Shown piece by piece: positions 19,123 through 28,600 of a stretch of 64,000 nt of DNA (the stretch's first letter is position 1; every line of letters starts with the position of its first letter). The notes beneath the pieces are model-generated. The model ran no database searches. It was not told the DNA's origin and saw nothing but the letters and a program-made list of their open reading frames with translations. The stretch lies in assembly GCA_013151735.1 (NCBI GenBank), contig JAADHR010000199.1, positions 82,091 to 146,090 of the forward strand, in the 5' to 3' direction. Source of the stretch: Calditrichota bacterium (GTDB lineage: Bacteria; Zhuqueibacterota; JdFR-76; BMS3Abin05). The position numbers and the translations under genes are program-made.

Positions 19123-22100
19123 ATGAGAAAAGCTTTACGAATCACAAGCTTGATCGCGGTGCTGTTTTTAGGGATTCTGATCATTCTTTATGCGTATCTC
19201 AGAATAAAATTTCCGCCGGACAAAGTCCAAACCCTGATTTTAGAACAGCTTCGGGAAAACACCCACCGGAAGATCACGGCAACCTCCCTTCGTATTCATC
19301 CCTTTTCTGGTTTCGAATTGCACGATCTGGTTGTTTATGATACGACCCGTTTTCCCAAACGGGTTTTCCTGACCGTGAAATCCGTTCAATTGAATTATCG
19401 GCTATGGTCCCTCTTTAAGAAAAAAATTGAAATTAAACGGATTGAGGTCGTTGAACCCCATCTGTTTCTTCGCCGGAACCGAAACGGAGTCTGGAATTTT
19501 GAGGATTTGATTTCGCCTTCTGCAAATTCTCCCGCGCCGGATTCTTCTTCACAGGAATTGAAAATTCCCGGAATTGTGAAGAAAATCTCGCTTCGTTTGC
19601 GGGAGTTCTCTGTACGGGATGCGGGAATGAATGCCGAAATTGCCGATTCACTCGGAGAAGCCGTCGCAAAAATTGGCCCCATTTCTGTTCAACTGGATCA
19701 TTTTGTCCTTAAGGGACTGAATCCCGCAACCCTTCTTGATCATTTGTCCTTTCAATTGTCGGTGTTTTCCAGACGCGGAAAAATTCAGGTGTCGCTGGTG
19801 CCTGCGAGGGGTGTTCCTTTGCCCGGGTTCTTTCTAAAGAAGATCGAAGCCTCGGGGGAATGGACCCTGCAAACGGAATTCCGCACGCCCGAACAGCCGG
19901 ATTCAACCGAAGGCGACACGTTGGCGCGTCCATCCGCCCGCGTTCGTGTGGCCGGTGCGTTTCATCTGAAGCCCATGGCCATTCGGCTTTTCGGAACCCG
20001 CGTATCTTCGGCCGATTCCCTCATTCGCCTCGTCAACAACCTGCCGGACGTTCGGACTGAGCTGAAGGGTGAGGTGGCTCCGAAAACCCTTTCCGTGAAA
20101 TTCCTGAACATACAAGCAGCGGTGGGGGCTTTTTTGCGCACGGCAATTCGGGTGTCTGCCGACAGCCTCTCAAGTACTCCGGATGTGAGGGTCGCCTGTC
20201 AGCAGGGACGGGTCAACCTCACGGAACTGAGTACGTATCTCAAAACCCTTCCGCTTTTGGGTAACAATCCCCTGAAATCGGCCCGGTTGTCCGGAATAAT
20301 CGATTTTTCAGATTTTCGTGCCCGCGCAACATCTGCGGAAAACCACTTCAACGGCTCCTACCGGTTGCAGCCGCTGGTTCAGCATCTTTCACTTGCCATT
20401 CCTGAAATCGGGGCACAAATAACCCGTTTTTCTGCGAAACTTTTGGCCACCGGACAAATCAGGGATTCAAACTTTATTCGGGGAGATGTAAAGGCTTCAT
20501 TTGTTTTGCCTTCATTGTCTGTGGCTCCTGCGGAAAGCCTGGAAATTTCCGGGAAAAATATCCTCGGTTCGTCTCATTTTGTGCTGGGGAGAAATGGGGT
20601 TCCGAAAAAAATAAATTTTATGTTTTCTGCCGACAGCCTGCTGGGGGCACAAATCTCCAGTTATTCGGAATTTACAGTGGCTTCCGTTCCGTATTTGAAA
20701 AATCTGAAAATTGAGGACTTCGATGGATCGACGCAAATTCAGATCCAGGGATTGGACGTGGGGGGGATTTCAGGCGGCAGTGCCCGGGGGCATCTGAGCG
20801 CCAGCGGACTTCTGGTGGCCAGTTACGGAATGAATGCCTTTGTTCAGGCAACCGTGCATTCAAATGACCTCCAATATCGTTATGCCCCGGGTATTTTTGA
20901 ATCCCTTCCTGAAATTGATTTTACGGGAAAGGGAAATCTGAAAAGTGCACCGGGTTTTCAAAAGGTTTTTCTGAATGATTTCAGACTAACCCTCAACGAT
21001 TTTGTCAATGGGGTTATTCGCGCCACCGTTGAGCCGCTTCAGAAAAAAGCCAATGCACAATTGGAGGAATTTTCGGTTGACCTCTCCAGGGTGCGCCCCT
21101 TCCTTCCGTCGGATATTCTGGAAAGCCTTCAGTTTGCGGATTGGAATGGACGGGTGACGGTTCAGGCGGAAGCTCAGGCAGCCCTGAATCCGGAGACGGA
21201 TTCTTTGAAGGTGACCGTTAACGGACAGGCAACGGTTACGGTTCCTTATTTTATTGATTCGGAACTCCTGTTGAATGTGAATGACCTTGCCCTGCAAGCC
21301 GATTTCGGCGGTACACCGGACCATTTAAACGCCCGGTTTCAGGGCGATGTCCGATCGGCATTTTTGAGGGATGTGCTGGCAGGGCCCGTCAAAAATACAC
21401 ATTTTGAGGGCCGGGCAGAGATCAGGGATCTGGATAGCATTCACCTGAAGCATTTTTCTCTCAACCAGCCGGATCTCCACGCGGTTGTTCAGGCAAGCGG
21501 CGATGTTACCCATTTGAGCGAGACCTTTCCGCGGCTGAACCTGGCAGGCGATTTTAGCGTGCATTCCTCTCAGCCCTTTCCAACCCTTGTAGGCATAACC
21601 CTTTCAGGAAATCTTCTGGGGCATTTTCGGGTGAAAACCGATTCGCTTACTCCTGAAAATGTGTGTGCAGACGGGGCAATCACGCTTAAAGGATTTAATG
21701 TAGCCATTGAGAAAACAGCGACGATCAGAGGAATTCGCGGGGAGATTCCCTTTCGCATGGGGGTGGATATCGAAAGAAGTCTTTTAATTTCGAACAAGAC
21801 GGCTGTTCCGATTTCGCTGACGCTGTACCCGGTTTTCCAACCGTATTATTTTCGATCCGATTCTCTTTTTCGAACCATTGGCGTAGATACCATTTCTGTT
21901 TTGAATTACACGCTTACAAATCTGCGAAGCGACATCCGGGTGGAAAATGGGCGTATTTTACTGCCCAATACCCGAATAAATTTGTACGACGGAAACCTTG
22001 TTTCGCAAATGTGGTTAAATTTGGGTACGGGGCAGTTGAAGGATATGTCATACGAAATTCGGGCTCAGATTGCACGGGTAAATTCGGCCAAATTTCCCGG

Positions 22101-22488
22101 CTCGCGGAACCGGAAAAAGAAACAGTCCCAAATTGCGGCTTCTTTTCACTTTAAAGGAAAAGGCCTGGATCTTGAAAAGGGTCTGGATATACAGGGGGGT
22201 GCTGAGGTAACGGAGATTGGCCCCGCAACCACAGACAATTTGTTGAGAAGCCTGGATCCCCAGGGTCTTGACAAGAGTATTCAACAGGTGCGTCAGCTCA
22301 TTCGCTTCGGGGCAAAACCCAAGCTGATTTCCTTCCGTATCCGGCACGGAAACCTGTACCCAACGATTCTTCTGTCGCAGCCCTGGTATTATCCCTTTAA
22401 AATATCCGGCGGAAAAGTGTCGTTGGTGCGAATTCCGCTGTCGTTTGCGATTAATATGGCGCTGCAGACGTCAGAACCGATTCAGTAG
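19123..22488 (+). CDS. AsmA-like (AsmA/DUF748/YdbH-type) envelope protein
   Basis: Single N-terminal TM, FPPDKVQTLILEQL...IEVVEPHLFLRRNRNGVWNFEDL AsmA N-terminus, a long beta-rich body and an AsmA-like C-terminal region. Confidence 0.8.
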   Translation: MRKALRITSLIAVLFLGILIILYAYLRIKFPPDKVQTLILEQLRENTHRKITATSLRIHPFSGFELHDLVVYDTTRFPKRVFLTVKSVQLNYRLWSLFKKKIEIKRIEVVEPHLFLRRNRNGVWNFEDLISPSANSPAPDSSSQELKIPGIVKKISLRLREFSVRDAGMNAEIADSLGEAVAKIGPISVQLDHFVLKGLNPATLLDHLSFQLSVFSRRGKIQVSLVPARGVPLPGFFLKKIEASGEWTLQTEFRTPEQPDSTEGDTLARPSARVRVAGAFHLKPMAIRLFGTRVSSADSLIRLVNNLPDVRTELKGEVAPKTLSVKFLNIQAAVGAFLRTAIRVSADSLSSTPDVRVACQQGRVNLTELSTYLKTLPLLGNNPLKSARLSGIIDFSDFRARATSAENHFNGSYRLQPLVQHLSLAIPEIGAQITRFSAKLLATGQIRDSNFIRGDVKASFVLPSLSVAPAESLEISGKNILGSSHFVLGRNGVPKKINFMFSADSLLGAQISSYSEFTVASVPYLKNLKIEDFDGSTQIQIQGLDVGGISGGSARGHLSASGLLVASYGMNAFVQATVHSNDLQYRYAPGIFESLPEIDFTGKGNLKSAPGFQKVFLNDFRLTLNDFVNGVIRATVEPLQKKANAQLEEFSVDLSRVRPFLPSDILESLQFADWNGRVTVQAEAQAALNPETDSLKVTVNGQATVTVPYFIDSELLLNVNDLALQADFGGTPDHLNARFQGDVRSAFLRDVLAGPVKNTHFEGRAEIRDLDSIHLKHFSLNQPDLHAVVQASGDVTHLSETFPRLNLAGDFSVHSSQPFPTLVGITLSGNLLGHFRVKTDSLTPENVCADGAITLKGFNVAIEKTATIRGIRGEIPFRMGVDIERSLLISNKTAVPISLTLYPVFQPYYFRSDSLFRTIGVDTISVLNYTLTNLRSDIRVENGRILLPNTRINLYDGNLVSQMWLNLGTGQLKDMSYEIRAQIARVNSAKFPGSRNRKKKQSQIAASFHFKGKGLDLEKGLDIQGGAEVTEIGPATTDNLLRSLDPQGLDKSIQQVRQLIRFGAKPKLISFRIRHGNLYPTILLSQPWYYPFKISGGKVSLVRIPLSFAINMALQTSEPIQ

Positions 22489-22514
22489 ATGCAACGGTCA
22501 GAGGCATTAGTAAA

Positions 22515-23363
22515 ATGATGAAGAAGCCCTTAATTATTTTTTCTGCGCTGGAAAATGTGTTGGTAAACCCGCGGAGCTTTCAATGGGAGGATGCCCGGGA
22601 CATCCTCAATCGGGCGTATCTGAGAGGGATCCCCTGGGTAGTGTGGTCCCGCTGGCCTGTTCAGCAAGTGATCTATTTTCGCGGGCAGTTGGGACTCACC
22701 GATCCGTTTATTGTCGAAAGTGGAGGCGCGCTTTACATTCCCTTTGGCTATTTTGATGTTGAAATAAAGGCCGTTGAAAAAGAGGGGTGTGAGGTTATTG
22801 AAAATGGATTGCCTGTTGCGCCAATCAGGGAATTTATGGAGGAATTCAGGCGTGTGAATCATTTACCCATTCGGTTTGCTGAGGAATTTTCGGTAGAGGA
22901 ATTCGCCCAAATTGCGGGGATTCCATTGCATCTGGCGGGCTTTTACCAAAACGCCCGCTATTCACTTGCATTTTATGTGGATCCTTACGCCGGCGGGGAG
23001 TGGAGGGACAAACTAAATGTGCAGGCCTCAAAACGAGGAATCCGGATTCGAAAGGAAGGCTCGTTTTATATGGCCGTTGGAAGGAATAATGAAAGCGTTC
23101 TGGTTGCAAAATTGAAAAAGTGGTTTGAGATGAGCTGGGGTACGAACCCTGAAGTCATGGCCATTGGCGCCGCCCCTCCGGATACGCCCTATCTGAGGCA
23201 TGCGGATCGTACAATTGTGTTCAAAAACAAGGGAATGCCTGCAGCCAGTGAGCCTGCTGAAAAGGGTACGGTAACCGTGATGAGTTCGGCCAATCCGGAA
23301 AGATGGGAAGGGATTGCGAAACTTTTTGAAACAAACAGTGAGGAAGAAAGAGATGATCAATAG
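22515..23363 (+). CDS. HAD-IIB / mannosyl-3-phosphoglycerate phosphatase-like protein with degenerate catalytic motifs
   Basis: Scaffold matches MPGP (RGIP..., LGLTDPFIVESGGALYIP), but motif I reads FSALEN instead of FTDLDG and motif IV reads GAAPPD instead of GDSxND. Confidence 0.75.
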   Translation: MMKKPLIIFSALENVLVNPRSFQWEDARDILNRAYLRGIPWVVWSRWPVQQVIYFRGQLGLTDPFIVESGGALYIPFGYFDVEIKAVEKEGCEVIENGLPVAPIREFMEEFRRVNHLPIRFAEEFSVEEFAQIAGIPLHLAGFYQNARYSLAFYVDPYAGGEWRDKLNVQASKRGIRIRKEGSFYMAVGRNNESVLVAKLKKWFEMSWGTNPEVMAIGAAPPDTPYLRHADRTIVFKNKGMPAASEPAEKGTVTVMSSANPERWEGIAKLFETNSEEERDDQ

Positions 23364-24819
23364 ATTTCGAAAAGTATGGATATGGGGATTGGTTCTTCTG
23401 ATCGTTGGTGCCGTTTTGGCACCCGGTTGCGGGCAGAGGTCTCCCCGGGAGATGACCGTGCTCATTCAGGGGTCTGATGCGTACGCAAAATGGCTGCAGG
23501 AAAAATTGTCGGGTCTGGGAAAATCCTTTGGGTGGAAGATTACGGTTTCCGCCTATTTTCAGGATGAAGACCTCCTGGATATGCTTAATCTGGAAAAGGA
23601 TGGCCGTTCCAATAAAATGGGTGTGATTGAGGTCCCCCTGGAATTGTCGGATTATTTGCGCAAGAAAAAAATGATTATTCCTCTGAAACAGGCCGTGTCC
23701 GAGGAACAGTTACGGCAGGACCTCAGAATGTACGATTTTAGCCTTTTCCCGGAGGAGAACAATGCTCAAAAGGTGACTTTCCTTCCTGAACGCGGGACGC
23801 TTTTTCTAATGGCCTATTTTAAACCGGCTGTTCGCGAGGTACTCCGGGATTGGAGATTGTATGAAAGAGAGTTTTCTTTTGTCATGCAAAAATACAATCA
23901 TTGGGGGCTTCCTGTGGGGTACGCCATGGAAAAAAATCCCGAAAAATGGGATTTTTATGATTTGGCCTTTATGGCCTATTACTGGGCTGCCAAGCCCAGT
24001 CAGGGGTTGTTGATTCCCAGAATGGCGCATTCGGGGGCTCCCACAACCGGAACACTCAATGATTTGTCAACACGCGCTTTTGAATTGGGTGCTTCAACAA
24101 ATGATCTGTTCCATCCACTCAATACATCCGTGATAGACATGTTTCAATGGGAAAGCCTTTTTATAAAAGAGGGTCTTTACAATCCGGAGATGTGGGAGAA
24201 TAACTGGTTGGGAACCGATTTGATTTCTGAATTTCTATCGGAGAATATATTTCTGTCCTTCTTTGACCAATCCCAACTGTTCACGCTTTTTGGGGGGTTA
24301 GCGTCGGATACACTTCACGTTCCTCTAAAATTGAGTGAGGTTGGAATATCTACTCTCCCAAAAGGTTGTTCACTCCTGCTGGGGAAAAATCTTGTTTCTG
24401 AACGCGCGGGCAAAAAGGTGTCGGGATTCTATCTGTGGTCGCTCGGCATTCCATCCCGATTTCGAAATCCTCAATTGGCCTATAAAGTGATTCGCTTTAT
24501 AACGGGAGAAAATCTGCAGAAACAAGCCATGAACACCTTTGGGTATCTGCCGTCCCGGAAGAACATTCTTGCGGCGTCGGATTCCGTTCTGGATCGCCGC
24601 TGGAAACGGGAGATTTTTCGGGTTGTGAAAAAGCAATTAGCCATAGGTGTACAGCCATTTCCATCAGATTTCAAATGGAATAAGATTGGTGCCCTGTATT
24701 TGGCGGCATGGGAAAATATTTGTGTGGAGAAACAAACCACGCGTTGGAACGCGATTGAAAACGCGCTGAAATCCATGGATAACGAGGTGAAACAAATCGA
24801 AAAAACCGGTCAAAAATAA
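23353..24819 (+). CDS. extracellular solute-binding lipoprotein (family 1-like, sugar-binding type)
   Basis: Lipobox-like LAPG-C; SBP-like C-terminus (WSLGIP...NPQLAYKVIRFITG..LQ...FGYLPSRK). The start overlaps the upstream stop. Confidence 0.7.
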   Translation: MINRFRKVWIWGLVLLIVGAVLAPGCGQRSPREMTVLIQGSDAYAKWLQEKLSGLGKSFGWKITVSAYFQDEDLLDMLNLEKDGRSNKMGVIEVPLELSDYLRKKKMIIPLKQAVSEEQLRQDLRMYDFSLFPEENNAQKVTFLPERGTLFLMAYFKPAVREVLRDWRLYEREFSFVMQKYNHWGLPVGYAMEKNPEKWDFYDLAFMAYYWAAKPSQGLLIPRMAHSGAPTTGTLNDLSTRAFELGASTNDLFHPLNTSVIDMFQWESLFIKEGLYNPEMWENNWLGTDLISEFLSENIFLSFFDQSQLFTLFGGLASDTLHVPLKLSEVGISTLPKGCSLLLGKNLVSERAGKKVSGFYLWSLGIPSRFRNPQLAYKVIRFITGENLQKQAMNTFGYLPSRKNILAASDSVLDRRWKREIFRVVKKQLAIGVQPFPSDFKWNKIGALYLAAWENICVEKQTTRWNAIENALKSMDNEVKQIEKTGQK

Positions 24820-24848
24820 GTGCTTTTGTCACAGCGAAGGAGGCAAAA

Positions 24849-25409
24849 ATGAAAAAGGTCATAGGGTTTGGACTGTTGGCGATTCTGAGTGTCGGATTAT
24901 ACAGCTGCAGTATCAAAGCCCCCGAAGTCACCATTACAGGTGAGAAAACAACCCTTGAAAAGCAGGTTGAGGGGACGTATCAGGAGATTGAGAACGATGC
25001 CGATATGGTGGCCTCTACCCGGGCCCTTGAGGGCAAGCGGAAACCGGTGATGTCCATTGAAAAACGGCTGGTTTTAAAAGCCATTCAGAATCGCAAATTC
25101 AATCAGGATGATGTGGAAGAATTTAAACGCATGGGGATTTTTGGCGAAAATAATCAGGGACTACTGGAAATACGGAACCCGGATAAATTGGAAAAGAACC
25201 CGGAGCTCAAGAAACGGGCCCTCATGATTCTAAATGAAGAAAATCATGATCGTAAAATTATTATGAATCGAATTATCCAGGTAAACGAGAATCTAAAGAA
25301 CGCTTCTCCGGAAGAGGTTCAAGCCGTTTTTGCAAAAATGAATCGCGAGAATTCCAGACCCGGAACATGGATTCAGCTTCCAAATGGAAAATGGGTGAAA
25401 AAGAAATAA
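24849..25409 (+). CDS. DUF1318 / YdbL-family lipoprotein
   Basis: Lipobox LYS-C; GIFGENNQGLLE, EENHDRKIIM and PGTWIQLPNGKWVKK are DUF1318 motifs; AGGAGG RBS. Confidence 0.85.
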   Translation: MKKVIGFGLLAILSVGLYSCSIKAPEVTITGEKTTLEKQVEGTYQEIENDADMVASTRALEGKRKPVMSIEKRLVLKAIQNRKFNQDDVEEFKRMGIFGENNQGLLEIRNPDKLEKNPELKKRALMILNEENHDRKIIMNRIIQVNENLKNASPEEVQAVFAKMNRENSRPGTWIQLPNGKWVKKK

Positions 25410-25604
25410 CCCTTATTCAGGGTTGGCCGTGCATTTTCTCGCATGAATCGGCACGTTTTCAACCCAGTTTAATTAAGCGTGGGGAAGCGGATGTTTACGC
25501 GTGAGGCGAAAGGGAAATGACGGGCTTTCCGCGAGCGTCAGGTCATGGCAGTAAGGGGTTTTCGCGTGTTTGAAAAGGACGTCAAATAAAAAAGGATTAT
25601 TTGT

Positions 25605-28600
25605 TTGCGTTTCAAGACCCAAAATCAGTTTTCCATCCTTCAGATTTTTCCGTTTTTTGCAGGATTTTTGTTGGCTGTTCTCTGGGCTTCAACGGCCGTA
25701 TCGCAGGAAGCCGGACTTTCTTCCTATTATGAAAAATTGTTTTCTCCGCGCTTGGAGGGGCTGCAGCACCTAACGACCCACCCGAAAAATGATATCTTTC
25801 CTTCGCTTTCACCCCGGGGGAAGTGGCTGGTGTTTGCCTCGGACCGCAATCAAAACTATGACATCTGGGCCAAAAACACTCAGACGGGAGACCTGTTTCA
25901 ACTCACCACTCACAAAAGTGAAGACACTCAGCCGGTCTGGTTTCCAAACGGGAAACAAATTGTTTTTATCTCCAAACGATCGGATGGGTTGGGAGATCTG
26001 TATCTTCTTTCTGTGCGCCTCTTTCGGGGTTATCTCCTCTCAAAAAAAACGACGCAATTAAACGACTATCTGGGGTACGATGGCGAGCCGGCCGTCTCTC
26101 CCGACGGGAAATGGGTGGCGTTTGTCAGTGACCGGCAAACCGGACGAAAAAATATCTGGCTCCTGAGAATGAAAACCCGCAAGGTCTTTCAGGTAACGAC
26201 CAACGGCGGATTCTCGCCGGCATTTTCTCCGGGAGGCCGGTGGCTGACCTTTACCAAATTCTCGAAGGGACGCTGGCAAATTGTTAGAATCCCGTTTTCT
26301 CCCGAAGAATTTCCTGTCTCTCCCGAAAAGGAATCTGTTGTTTTTTCGTCAGGCAATCCTTCAGGTTTTTCCGCCTGGAGCGATTCATCCCACATTTTAG
26401 TCGTAACCTATCCCTACGACACCAACGGGGATGGGAAGAAAACGGTTTCAGATCATGGTGTTCTGGTCGAATGTTCCTCAACCCCGCCAAAAGACGGCCA
26501 TTTTGACGAAGCCAATCTTCCGGTGTTTAAAACCTCGGGAATCTGGGGATCCTATTTTCCCGTTTGGGGGAAAACCGGGAAGATCCTTTTTTCATCGGAC
26601 TTTGAGGGAAATAAGGATATCTGGGCCATGGAGCCGTTTGGCGAGATTCGCATTCCGGATACCCCCTGGGCCATTTCAGCGTTTGCCGAGCAGAAATTTC
26701 CCCTTCAACCGGTGCGGTATTTTCAGGTTCTGAATGATTCTTCGTTTCAAACGGTCTGGCGGAGAGCCCGAAAGACCTACCTCTTGCAGCGCCTGTTTGT
26801 TTTGAGAAAGGGTTTACAGCGTGCCCAGGGCTCCCCGGATTTCTTTTCTCAATTTGCCTTTAAAATGGGAGAGACGGCGGAAAAGCTCGGCTGGAACAAC
26901 TTAGCCGACACGTATTATTCCCGGGCCATTCAGGATGGGGCAACGCAGACTCCCTGGGCGCTCCGGGCGCAACTGGCGCTCTGGAGGTTGGGTACCCTTC
27001 ACCCGGCCGCTGAAATGGTTGAAATCGATTCGCTTCTTTCCCAGACAATTCGGGACAAGACGTCCCGGGCGCTGCTGTATCTGGAACAGGCAAGGCTTTT
27101 CAGGAAACTGGGAAAATACAATCAGTCGCTGGAAAGGCTTCAATCCGTCCTGAATGAAAAAGCCATTGCCGTGGATGTAATTTTTCGTGCGGGCCTTATG
27201 CTGGGGGAAATCTACACGGAACTACAGAATTTTCAATTGGCTGTCAAAACAGAGGCCGCTCTTCTGCGCCTGCACCCCGATGCCTTTTACTGGAATCAGG
27301 TGGTTCTTCAAAAAATAAAATGGATCCTGTCTCAAAATCCGGAGTGGTCCGATCCGGTTCAGGAGTATCAGTTTTTTATTCAAACCTATTCGGACATCCC
27401 GCAGCTCGCCGCATGGGCTCAATACGAGATCGGGTACACGTACGAGAAGCAGGGAGATTTTCGGGTAGCCATTCGTGAATTCGTGCGTACCCGGACCCAC
27501 TATTCCACGGAGCGGGAAGCCTATTTCAGGGCGACCGTTGGTTTGATTGCAATAAACCATTTCATGAAGGATTCGCAGGCTCTGATTCGCGTGTGCCGGG
27601 AGACGCTTCAAAAGGGCACTCTTTTGGATTCCACACAGGTCTGGTGGGTACGGCAGAATTTGGTTCGTGCCCTGTTGAATAAAGGGGAAAAACTCCTTTC
27701 ACAAAATGACTGGCAACTGGCACGTTCGGCTTTTCAATCGGTGCTTGCAACCGATTCCCTGAATGTAGAGGCCCACCGGGGGATTGTGAAGTGTGCCGAC
27801 CGGGGAAATCAATTAGCAGCCGTAATCGGTCACTATCGGGAGAAAATCCTCAAAAGTCCCGAAAATGATGTTTACCTGTACACCCTGGGTCTGGCCTATT
27901 CTTATCTGGCAACGCGGCAGGAGCGGCTTTCGGAGGAATATCGTCTTTTGCGGCTTTCAAATCGTTACCTCGAAAACGCCCTCAAGCGTAATTACCGGTT
28001 GGTTTACGCGTACCTGACACTGGGATTCAATTATGAAACTCTGGCGGGCCTGGAGCGAATGCTGAAAAATCAAAAGGAACCGTTGGTTTCGCGCATTACA
28101 AAGGGTGTTCTGGCTCCGGTCTTCTGGGCCGTTCGGACGCTTACGTTCCAAAAAGCCCCCGCACAACACCTCTGGTATGAAAAAGCCATTGACCTTCTCA
28201 CCGTAGGTGTGTCCATTAATAACGAGAAAAAAAATCCGACCTTAGAGGCCCAGCTCACCCTGAATTTGGCCAATAATTATTATCAAATGGGTGAATTTGG
28301 TTTTGAGAAGGCCTTTCATTACTACCGCATCCGCATGCAATTGGACTCCACATTCCGCTCCGTTCAGCAAGAAGCGCTTGTGTATGAGCGGATGGGGCAT
28401 TGCGCCATTATCCTCGAAAACTGGCCGGAAGCGGTAAAGGATATTTCGAAAGCGATTTCACTGTATCGGCAGCAGAAAAACACCCCGAAAATTCTGGAAA
28501 ATACGGATCGTCTGGCCTGGGCCTATTTCATGTCGGGGGAGTACGATCTTGCGGTTGAAAACTATCTGGATATTCTGAGAACGGTGCGAACGCTTCAAAA

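Noticed and set aside
25410-25604. Riboswitch in the gap before the CHAT gene
   Set aside because: Some pairing is possible (gggttg/caaccc, tgacg/cgtca), but it matches no riboswitch consensus I recognise.
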